This document shows positions 26,052-33,712 of a stretch of DNA of 64,000 nt, in pieces. Location: contig CAYQYU010000001.1 in the NCBI GenBank assembly GCA_964421955.1, positions 76,521 through 140,520 on the forward strand. Direction: 5' to 3'. Each line of letters starts with the position of its first letter. The stretch's first letter is position 1. The notes under the pieces are model-generated. The model was not told the DNA's origin and searched no databases. It saw only the letters and a program-made list of their open reading frames with translations. Source of the stretch: an uncultured archaeon (lineage in GTDB: Archaea > Nanohalarchaeota > Nanosalinia > Nanosalinales > Nanosalinaceae). The translations under genes were made by a program, and so were the position numbers.

Positions 26052-26483
26052 ATGATATCAGTATCTCATTTAATTTTTGGGCTTGCTCTGGCATATATTT
26101 TCGATAGGAGGCTTGTTACAGCGTCTATTTTCTCTATCGTGCCTGATTTCGATGTCACTTTTGACTTCCTTTATCCTTTTGTCCACCGAGGAATCATGCA
26201 TTCGATGCTCGCCGCCGGTTTTTTCAGCCTCCTGACCTATATAGGGACTGAGGACCAGTTCTCGGCAGAAAGCTGCGCTATAGGCTACATATCCCATCTT
26301 GCGCTCGACACTCTTACTCCTTCAGGCGTCCCGCTTCTCTTCCCTCTATCAAACAGTTTCTCGCTCTCCTTAACCTATGCAAACAGCCTAAAGTTTAATT
26401 CAGCGATAATAGCCCTTTCAGTAGGACTTATGCTTGTAAAGAAGAATACTGAGGTCTTCAGACCGTTTTTAAAAATTCTATGA
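26052..26483 (+). CDS. DUF457/YdjM-like membrane-bound metal-dependent hydrolase
   Basis: 143 aa. Pattern SHLIFGLA...PDFD...HRGIMHS...ISHLALDTLTPSGVPLLFP. Confidence 0.7.
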   Translation: MISVSHLIFGLALAYIFDRRLVTASIFSIVPDFDVTFDFLYPFVHRGIMHSMLAAGFFSLLTYIGTEDQFSAESCAIGYISHLALDTLTPSGVPLLFPLSNSFSLSLTYANSLKFNSAIIALSVGLMLVKKNTEVFRPFLKIL

Positions 26484-26643
26484 GCTTTTCGAGGTTGTCT
26501 GGAACCCGATCCGTTAACTTAAATAAAGGTTGTGAAGAAGGAAATTGGTAAGGCGCAGCATCGAGACACTCGATGTTGCTAAAAGCAATATTTCTCGAGA
26601 GAGAAATTTGCGGGGGAAGGGACCAGATAGAGGGTCTCAATTA

Positions 26644-26997
26644 ATGGAGAAAATAGGAAACGTCATAATTCGGACGATGGAAGATCTGTCAGGCATAGCA
26701 ACGAATGGCTCAGCCCATATAAGGATCAACAAGGATATATGCGAACCCGAGAAGTTCCGGCACCTCTTCAACCATTTCTCCCGCGGAACAATTCTTGAAC
26801 GCCTGGACCTCAATGTCGAGCCTCTTGAAACACGGCTTAAATGCGGCTGCGGTCATGAAGAAGCAGTCAACGATGACCATTCCGGATACAAGAAATGCCC
26901 TTCATGCGGCCGCTTCGCGGAAGTCCAGGACAACACCTACGAACTCGTGAGGCCGGATCCCTCCAAAGTAGGGAAGAGAAGAAGCATCCGGTTCTAG
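26644..26997 (+). CDS. HypA/HybF-like zinc-finger metallochaperone homolog
   Basis: 117 aa from ATG 26644. FRHLFNHFSRGTILE..L.V.P...KC.CGHE...CPSCG...EL resembles the HypA layout (N-terminal metal site plus a CxxC...CxxC zinc site). Confidence 0.55.
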   Translation: MEKIGNVIIRTMEDLSGIATNGSAHIRINKDICEPEKFRHLFNHFSRGTILERLDLNVEPLETRLKCGCGHEEAVNDDHSGYKKCPSCGRFAEVQDNTYELVRPDPSKVGKRRSIRF

Positions 26998-27081
26998 AGC
27001 ACACTTAAAAAATTCTCGCATCCTCCTCACTATATCCCATGTCGGTTAGCTCTGCTAACCGTCTCTTTGCTCAAAGTTTGT

Positions 27082-27215
27082 GGGCCGGTAGCTCAGTCTG
27101 GCAGAGCGCGAGGCTCTTAAACACCTCAAGTCTCCGCAGGAGACGAGGACCCAGAAAATCTCCGATTTTCGATAGAGATACCTCGTCGTCGTGGGTTCAA
27201 ATCCCATCCGGCCCG
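27082..27215 (+). tRNA. tRNA-Lys(CTT) with a 60-nt intron
   Basis: Acceptor GGGCCGG/CCGGCCC, D-arm GCTC/GAGC. Anticodon stem CGAGG/CCTCG with loop C-T-CTT-A. Intron 27120..27179 after position 37. T-arm GTGGG-TTCAAAT-CCCAT, discriminator G. Confidence 0.85.
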
Positions 27216-27229
27216 AGATTTGATATCCT

Positions 27230-27276
27230 CCAGAAAATCTTCGATTTTCGTCTGGGTTCAAATCCCATCCGGCCCG
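27230..27276 (+). repeat. partial direct copy of tRNA-Lys (intron hairpin plus T-arm plus 3' acceptor strand)
   Basis: CCAGAAAATCTtCGATTTTCG-tc-TGGGTTCAAATCCCATCCGGCCCG matches 27150..27215, apart from one mismatch and a 20-nt deletion that removes the 3' anticodon-stem strand. Confidence 0.85.
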
Positions 27277-27311
27277 CATCTCTTTTACCATTTGATACCT
27301 AAATTCTGGTT

Positions 27312-27794
27312 ATGGCCGAGCTATTCACCTTGATCGCGGCGGCCCTAATGATTCTTGCGGTCGTCGGAAGCTTTGTACCCATGATGCCCGGAGCGCTGCT
27401 TTCCATACTTGGTATCCTGGTCTACTGGTATGGCACAGGGTTCACACGTCCAAGCACATTTTTCCTGGTCGCCTTCATACTAACCAGTATCTTTGCGGTG
27501 GCGATGGACTATTTTTCCGGCGTGATAGCAGCGAAGGCCGGAGGAGCATCCGCCCGGACATCTATCATAGCAGGAGCTGTTGGATTCCTGCTCTTCTTCG
27601 TGCTCGGCCCTCTCGGTATCCTGTTAGGAGTGGTGGGAACCGTGTTCATCCGGCAATACCTCCTCACCGGAGAGAAAGACCGGAGTCTCAGGACCGCGGC
27701 CTATTCTGCCGCCGGCGTACTTGGATCCGCAATAATCCAGTTCCTGGTGACCGTATCGCTCCTGGTGGCTTTCCTGATTACTCTCGTAGTCTAG
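27312..27794 (+). CDS. DUF456-family membrane protein
   Basis: 160 aa, 4 TM segments, N-terminal VGSFVPMMPGALLSILG motif. Confidence 0.65.
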   Translation: MAELFTLIAAALMILAVVGSFVPMMPGALLSILGILVYWYGTGFTRPSTFFLVAFILTSIFAVAMDYFSGVIAAKAGGASARTSIIAGAVGFLLFFVLGPLGILLGVVGTVFIRQYLLTGEKDRSLRTAAYSAAGVLGSAIIQFLVTVSLLVAFLITLVV

Positions 27795-27831
27795 AGAAAA
27801 ACTATTATCTTACAGCCGGGAAAAATGATCT

Positions 27832-28323
27832 ATGGAGACCCCGGAATCAGAATTCGAGGCAGTTGCCACTCTCTGTTACATCATAGAAGACGGCCGAGTG
27901 CTCTTAATCTACAAGAAACGCGGAATTGGAGAAGGACTGTATAACGGGCCTGGCGGCAAAGTAGAGCAACATGATGATTCCCCGAGAGAGGCAGCGAAAA
28001 GAGAGGTGAAAGAAGAGGTCAGGGTTGAGGTCGAAGATCTGGAGAAGGTCGGGGAACTCGAGTTCTACTTTGGAGACAGACCATTCATGTATGGACATAT
28101 TTTCAAGACCTCTGAATACGAAGGTGAACCAGAAGAAACTGAAGAGGCGCGGCCGGAATGGTTCGAGATTGGATCACTACCCTACGACCAGATGTGGGAA
28201 GACGACCGCTACTGGATGCCCAAGATGTTCAACGGCAAGAAAATCAAAGCGAAGTTCCAGTTTGACGAAGACGGTGACGAATTTTACTGGGAGAAATCCG
28301 CCATCGGAAAGGCCAGCTTCTAG
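27832..28323 (+). CDS. NUDIX hydrolase (MutT-like)
   Basis: Nudix box GPGGKVEQHDDSPREAAKREVKEEVRV. Confidence 0.85.
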   Translation: METPESEFEAVATLCYIIEDGRVLLIYKKRGIGEGLYNGPGGKVEQHDDSPREAAKREVKEEVRVEVEDLEKVGELEFYFGDRPFMYGHIFKTSEYEGEPEETEEARPEWFEIGSLPYDQMWEDDRYWMPKMFNGKKIKAKFQFDEDGDEFYWEKSAIGKASF

Positions 28324-30251
28324 ACCATTTTCTCCGGGAAACCATTTACCTTTGTCTCGTATTCGCCGCCTTCGCCCGCGGCATTGAAACCGTATTCACG
28401 GGAGAGATCGATCAATTCCTCCACAGACTCCTCATCAAGGACTCTTCTCTCCCAGCTTTCTTCCAGTCCGCGTGCCGCGACCGAGGTAATCTCGACTTCA
28501 AAGCCTTCTCTCACAAGCCACCTCATGTAGTGTTCCTGATCTTCCTGCCAGAGCGGTGCGAAGACCTTCAGGCCAATTTTTTCCGCAACTTTCTCGACCC
28601 GGTCCCTCTGGTAGGTCGATGCGAGAGCTCCTGCAACAACTCCTTCGACATCGTATTCCTCTCTGGCCTTTCTCAGGACTTTTTCCAGGTCTTCCAGCTC
28701 TTCTTCTTTCTCTCCCTCCGTTTCCTGGACTACTAGAGGGATACCCAGTTCCCCCGCCTGTCTCTCGAGTTCTGAAAGTTGTTTCTTCGAGTCGAACATG
28801 TAGCTGTCCCTGTTCTCCGACCGGAGTGTCACCAGGCAGGCGATCTCATTGTTGCGGCGGCGCATCCTGTAAAGTGCGGCATTCGAATCTTTGCCCCCAG
28901 AGGTCAACACAGCTAAACGGTGATTTGGCTCCTCTCTCAGCGAGTTGAGATACCCCTGCTTGGAATCGAAGCCATTATCTTTTGCGAGCCTCTCGACCGC
29001 CTTGTCGAAGTTGCTTCCATACTGGGCTGCGGTCTTCTCCCTCCAGGCCACGTCTTCAGGCACCCCCAGCTCCTCAGCCGCCTTCCTCAAAACGTATTTC
29101 CGGTAGCCCTCCTTCATCTTGTAATCCTCCGGAACCATAAGTGCGTGCTCCACCAGGTCGTGGTCAAGGAATAGAACCCTGAGTTCGTAGCTGTTCCTCA
29201 TAGACACGACATCGTCCCTGTAAAGGTCGCGATGGAAAAGCGACCTCAGTCCCGAGAGACATTCGCGGTTCAGGTAGTTCTCCATTCTCGAGTACCCGGC
29301 GTAGAGCTGCTCCGACCCCAGGCCAGACATCACAACTTTCTCGTCGCCGTTCAAGGCCAGGTGGAACGGTAGCGCCACTCCCAGCTTCACTACCGATGTT
29401 GAAGAGATCCAGTCCGCAAGTCTAGGTAGCACAGTCTCGACCTCTTCAAGCGAGGCATCGTAACTCCTGAGTTCCAATTCCATCTCTTCAGCAACTTTCT
29501 CCGCCCATTCTGTATCTCTGGGCGCATCAACATTACCGTGTTGTATTCCGGCAGTGTAGCAGGTGAAATCTCTCTCGAGTTCCTTTAGTGCGGCCGCAAC
29601 CATAGTGGAGTCCACTCCGCCTGAGAACAATAATGCAAGTTCTCCATCTGGAACTCGTTTCTCAACTGCCTCCAGGAATTTTTCCTTTATCTCCTCGGCA
29701 GCCTCTTCTATACTTTTACCTTCTTTGACATCTGTCTCGAAGAACTCTCGCTTCCGGAAGCTTAATTCTCCTGACTCTATATCGTACCTGAGTACCAGTC
29801 GTGGATGTAGCTCCTGGGCCTCCAGGCCTTCCTTTTCCAGCGCCTGTTTCTCGGAGGCGAAGGCAAAAGGCTTCCTGGAATACCAGACAGGTTTCACCCC
29901 CAGGAGGTCACGGGCCAGTATAACCTCTCCATTATTAAAATAGGCGAAAGCATAGACACCATCAAGCAACTCAAGCGCATCTTTACCCCTGGCTTCGAGC
30001 AGCTCCAGGAGGAGTTCAGCGTCATTTCTTACATCCAGGCTGTATTCTTCCGCTAGCTCCTGCCAGTTGTATATCTCGCAGTTCGCCACCAGCGTTCCTT
30101 CTCTCTGGAGAGGCTGTTCGACATCTCCCACAACAGGATGAAGCACATGACCCAGCGGAAATTCGCCGCCATCAATTTTGCTGGAGCCACCCCTGTGTTT
30201 GAGGTGCTTCGCCAGTTTCTCTGCCTTTTCGCCACCCGTTATGCCGCACAT
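28320..30251 (-). CDS. fusion protein: AsnB-like glutamine amidotransferase/asparagine-synthase domain plus Dph6-like (DUF71/MJ0570) PP-loop ATPase
   Basis: 643 aa. N-terminus MCGI (Ntn nucleophile Cys2), first PP-loop LLFSGGVDST, second PP-loop AVLTSGGKDSNAALY, and a C-terminal GEGGEYET motif typical of DUF71. Confidence 0.75.
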   Translation of the reverse strand: MCGITGGEKAEKLAKHLKHRGGSSKIDGGEFPLGHVLHPVVGDVEQPLQREGTLVANCEIYNWQELAEEYSLDVRNDAELLLELLEARGKDALELLDGVYAFAYFNNGEVILARDLLGVKPVWYSRKPFAFASEKQALEKEGLEAQELHPRLVLRYDIESGELSFRKREFFETDVKEGKSIEEAAEEIKEKFLEAVEKRVPDGELALLFSGGVDSTMVAAALKELERDFTCYTAGIQHGNVDAPRDTEWAEKVAEEMELELRSYDASLEEVETVLPRLADWISSTSVVKLGVALPFHLALNGDEKVVMSGLGSEQLYAGYSRMENYLNRECLSGLRSLFHRDLYRDDVVSMRNSYELRVLFLDHDLVEHALMVPEDYKMKEGYRKYVLRKAAEELGVPEDVAWREKTAAQYGSNFDKAVERLAKDNGFDSKQGYLNSLREEPNHRLAVLTSGGKDSNAALYRMRRRNNEIACLVTLRSENRDSYMFDSKKQLSELERQAGELGIPLVVQETEGEKEEELEDLEKVLRKAREEYDVEGVVAGALASTYQRDRVEKVAEKIGLKVFAPLWQEDQEHYMRWLVREGFEVEITSVAARGLEESWERRVLDEESVEELIDLSREYGFNAAGEGGEYETKVNGFPEKMV

Positions 30252-30286
30252 GATCTAGAAAAAGGGTTGAAGCTTTTTGTAGCAAA

Positions 30287-31075
30287 TCACTCCGCACTAT
30301 AATCTGGACCGAAGTCGCTGATCTCTCGCTGGGACCTGTCGAGAGCCTCGTAACTTGCGATCACGTCCTCCATCTCGACCTCGACAAATTCGAGATCGCG
30401 GTCCTCAAGATATGCGAGCACTTTTTCAGTCATCTTCGGCGCAACCAGAATGCCACGGATGTCTCCCCGGAACTCCTCTTCTATCTCATCCACGTAGCGC
30501 TGGAGCTGGAGGACGGTGTTGTAGTCAGGGTTTCTCTTGACCTCTATTACAACGTAGTTGTCGCTCTCGTCGCGGGCGAAAACATCTATGAAGCCAGCAG
30601 GTGTCTCTCGCTCCCTCTCGATCACTTTCAGGCCATCCTCGACTATCTCCGGTTTCTCCTCTATTGACTCATGGATATCCACTTCGTGGCCACGAATCTT
30701 CAGCTCAGACCTGTCGACCATTTTGTCGACAGAGAGAAAATCAATCTCCTCAAACCTTATCTCGACAAGTTCCTCGGGACTGGAACGCCGGGCCTCAACT
30801 ACAAGCTCGCCGTATTCCTCATCCACCTTTACATTCCAGGAGTCGACCTCGGGCTGCCAGTTCTTCGGCTGGTAGTTGTCAGGGCCATGGACGAGTAACG
30901 CAGAGTCCTGCTTCTTGATGACGATGCGTTCTCCTCTATCCAGTTTCGACTTCGCGCGGCCCTGGTAGTTCACTGAGCATAGACCGTTGACCTGGACCGT
31001 GTACTTGCGGGAGAGGTATTCTTGCAGCATCCGCTGGGCCTCCTCAAAATCTGGCTCTCGAGCGAACTCTTCCAT
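30287..31075 (-). CDS. nucS: endonuclease NucS/EndoMS
   Basis: 262 aa. N-terminal half with YQGRAKSKL and YQPKNWQP. C-terminal RecB-like nuclease motifs IDVFARD...VVIEVKR. Confidence 0.85.
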   Translation of the reverse strand: MEEFAREPDFEEAQRMLQEYLSRKYTVQVNGLCSVNYQGRAKSKLDRGERIVIKKQDSALLVHGPDNYQPKNWQPEVDSWNVKVDEEYGELVVEARRSSPEELVEIRFEEIDFLSVDKMVDRSELKIRGHEVDIHESIEEKPEIVEDGLKVIERERETPAGFIDVFARDESDNYVVIEVKRNPDYNTVLQLQRYVDEIEEEFRGDIRGILVAPKMTEKVLAYLEDRDLEFVEVEMEDVIASYEALDRSQREISDFGPDYSAE

Positions 31076-31144
31076 GCCTCTGGGATGCCGGGGGAATTTT
31101 TTAGCTGTAACCTTTAACTTTCCAGGAGATCAAAACCACAATTT

Positions 31145-31816
31145 ATGGATTACAGGATCAAAGACCTACCTCAGGAAGAGCGGCCAAGAGAAAAACTGGA
31201 GAAACACGGCGCATCTTCACTTACAGAGGTTGAGCTTCTCTCAATCGTGTTAAGAACGGGAATTCCCGGCAAAAATGTGAAGGAGCTGGCTGGCGAGATA
31301 CTGAACAGTTACTCCCTGCAGAATCTGGCAAACCGATCGCTTGAGGACCTGAAGGGCTTCGAAGGCGTATCAAAAGTGAAGGCCGGACAGCTCAAAGCAG
31401 TGGGAGAACTCGCGAGAAGAATGCAGGTCGAGAAAAGGGAGAGGATTGAGTCCTTCTCAGACGTGAAAGCCAGAGTGGAGGATATGAAGTATCTCGAAGA
31501 GGAGCGGCTGCGTGTCTTCTACCTATCCTCAGGGAATGAGATTTTATCTGAAGAGAATTTCGAAGGCGGCATTGATTCGGTCAACATCGACTTCCGGAAA
31601 CTGTTCCGGGAGGCCATAGGCTCAGGTGCATCCGCGGTAGTCTTGACACATAACCACCCCTCCGGAAACCCGGACCCAACCCCACAGGATATCGAGGTCA
31701 CAGAAGAGCTGATCGAGGCCGGAAACAGGCTCGGAATAAAGGTGCTGGATCACGTAATTATCGGAGAAACCGCCTCAAGCATGAAGGCCTCTGGAGCCGC
31801 AGATTTCACGTCCTAG
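31145..31816 (+). CDS. radC: RadC-like JAB-domain protein
   Basis: 223 aa. N-terminus ERPREKL...LSxxELLSIVLRTG, an HhH region, and the JAMM motif HNHPSGNPDPTPQD. Confidence 0.85.
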   Translation: MDYRIKDLPQEERPREKLEKHGASSLTEVELLSIVLRTGIPGKNVKELAGEILNSYSLQNLANRSLEDLKGFEGVSKVKAGQLKAVGELARRMQVEKRERIESFSDVKARVEDMKYLEEERLRVFYLSSGNEILSEENFEGGIDSVNIDFRKLFREAIGSGASAVVLTHNHPSGNPDPTPQDIEVTEELIEAGNRLGIKVLDHVIIGETASSMKASGAADFTS

Positions 31817-31854
31817 ACACCCCCTTTAATACCTTTCGGTTAGACGTCACCACC

Positions 31855-31864
31855 TATTTAAAGA
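31855..31864 (+). promoter_or_regulatory. candidate TATA box of the rpoH-rpoB-rpoA operon
   Basis: TATTTAAAGA lies about 55 nt upstream of the rpoH ATG, with the SD-like GGGAGGGA in between. Confidence 0.4.
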
Positions 31865-31915
31865 TTACCCGTGTCTTGGTAGTTGTAGCTTTCTCAGGGA
31901 GGGATTCAAAAATAG

Positions 31916-32152
31916 ATGGCCATGGACATAACCGACCACGAAGCAGTTCCGGAACACAGGAAACTTGATGAAGAAGAAACCGAGGAAGTGCTTGAGAAGT
32001 ACGGTGCGTCCCGAGACGACCTCCCAAAGATTCAGAGGACAGATGCCGCACTGAAGCAGATGGATGCCGAGGTCGGCGACATTATAGAGATCCAGAGATC
32101 AAGTCCAACAGCGGGAGAAACCACCTATTATAGAGTGGTTGTAGAAGGGTGA
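31916..32152 (+). CDS. rpoH: DNA-directed RNA polymerase subunit H (Rpo5)
   Basis: 78 aa. HEAVPEHRKL..EE...L.KY......LPKI...D and the YYRVVV C-terminus. Confidence 0.9.
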   Translation: MAMDITDHEAVPEHRKLDEEETEEVLEKYGASRDDLPKIQRTDAALKQMDAEVGDIIEIQRSSPTAGETTYYRVVVEG

Positions 32153-32159
32153 ATAAAGA

Positions 32160-33617
32160 ATGCAAGAAGAATTCCTCTCACAGCTTATAGAACAGAATCT
32201 CGTAAAACATCAGATTGATTCTTACAACCGGTTTGTAGAAGAGCGGATCCAGTCAATTCTTAACGAGGTCGGAGAAATCAAGCCTGACCTTCCCGAGGGA
32301 GAGGAGCTTGTAATAAAGATAGTTGATGTCGATGTCAAGCGACCACATATTAACGAGGCCGACGGATCGGTAAGAAGGATCACGCCTAAAGAGGCGAGGA
32401 TGCGTGACCTGACCTATTCTTCCGAGATCAAGGTTACGATGACCCCAATTTTCGAGGGGGTGCAGCAGGAGAGCGAGGAAGTTACCATCGGACGTATTCC
32501 GGTGATGGTCGGAAGCGACCTGTGCTGGACTGCCGACATGACAGAGGAAGAACTGAGGGAAGCGGGCGAAGACCCCGATGATCCCGAGGGATATTTCATA
32601 ATTAACGGTTCCGAGAAGACAATTATCGCGATGGAAGAGTTCGCGAACAATAAGCCGGTTTACCAGCAGGACGATGATGAGCAGATCTGCCGCATCAATT
32701 CGGAGCAGAGCGGTTACGTACAGCGACATGTTCTGAGGCGAGACGACGACATTGTCAACATTTCATTCGCGAACGTCAAGAAGACGCCGGCGGTTGCACT
32801 TGTCAGAGCTCTTGGCTACGAGACCGACCAGGAGATCGTCGAGGCGATCGGTGAAGAGTACGCCAGCGATATCTATCTGAATATGTATGAAACTGATGCC
32901 AGCAACCAGGAAGAGGCCTACGAGTACGTTGCGAACAAGGCAGGGATCACCTCGGATATTGAAGAGCGGGTCGAAAGCATTCTCGACGAGTACCTTCTGC
33001 CGCACCTGGGACAGGATCCGGAGTTCCGGGACGAGAAAGCGCAGTTCCTCGCGAACCTGATAAGAAATACTATAGCGCTCGGAAAGGGTGACATCGAGCA
33101 GGACGACATGGACCACTACGCTAACAAGAGGCTGAACCTTGCAGGAGAGCTACTCGAGATGCAGTTCAGGAGCGTCTTCCTCGGGAAATGGGGTCTGCTC
33201 GCACGCATGAAGTATAACTTCCGTAAATCTGCTAAGCGAGGTAGACTGCCTTCACTCCAGTCCACGATTGTCGCGGACACACTTACGAAGCAGATAATGG
33301 GTGCGATGGCGACAGGTAACTGGGTCGGGGGCCGCACAGGAATCTGCCAGAGACTCGACCGCGGAAACAGGATCAAGACCCTTTCCCACATGAGGAATAT
33401 TGTGTCGCCGCTGTCAAGCGAAAGACAGCACTTTGAGGCACGTGATCTCCACCCGACACAGTGGGGGCGTGTCTGCCCTATCAAGACACCGGAAGGTATG
33501 AACATCGGACTAAGAACCTACCTTGCTATGAGTGCCAACGTCTCCACGGGAATGAGCGAGATGGAGCGAAACTCCCTTAGAGCAAAACTGGAAGAAGAGG
33601 GTCTCGAAGCCCGGTAA
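32160..33617 (+). CDS. rpoB2: DNA-directed RNA polymerase subunit B''
   Basis: 485 aa, N-terminal half of Rpo2 (HQIDSYNRF, GYFIINGSEK, HPTQWGRVCPIKTPEG). Confidence 0.95.
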   Translation: MQEEFLSQLIEQNLVKHQIDSYNRFVEERIQSILNEVGEIKPDLPEGEELVIKIVDVDVKRPHINEADGSVRRITPKEARMRDLTYSSEIKVTMTPIFEGVQQESEEVTIGRIPVMVGSDLCWTADMTEEELREAGEDPDDPEGYFIINGSEKTIIAMEEFANNKPVYQQDDDEQICRINSEQSGYVQRHVLRRDDDIVNISFANVKKTPAVALVRALGYETDQEIVEAIGEEYASDIYLNMYETDASNQEEAYEYVANKAGITSDIEERVESILDEYLLPHLGQDPEFRDEKAQFLANLIRNTIALGKGDIEQDDMDHYANKRLNLAGELLEMQFRSVFLGKWGLLARMKYNFRKSAKRGRLPSLQSTIVADTLTKQIMGAMATGNWVGGRTGICQRLDRGNRIKTLSHMRNIVSPLSSERQHFEARDLHPTQWGRVCPIKTPEGMNIGLRTYLAMSANVSTGMSEMERNSLRAKLEEEGLEAR

Positions 33618-33712
33618 ACTGATACTATGATAATGAACCCAAACCTCGAAACAAAGGTCACTTCGCCGCAGGCGAATGTGGCACAGATGATGAAACTCTC
33701 TAGGTGAGTTTC

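Noticed and set aside
27230-27276. The second tRNA-Lys 3' copy as an alternative 3' exon or split-tRNA half.
   Set aside because: The copy lacks the 3' strand of the anticodon stem and the variable loop. It cannot complete a cloverleaf with the 5' exon.
27039-27302. ORFs of 87 aa (+) and 78 aa (-) covering the tRNA-Lys locus.
   Set aside because: The region is fully explained by tRNA-Lys, its intron and the duplicated fragment.
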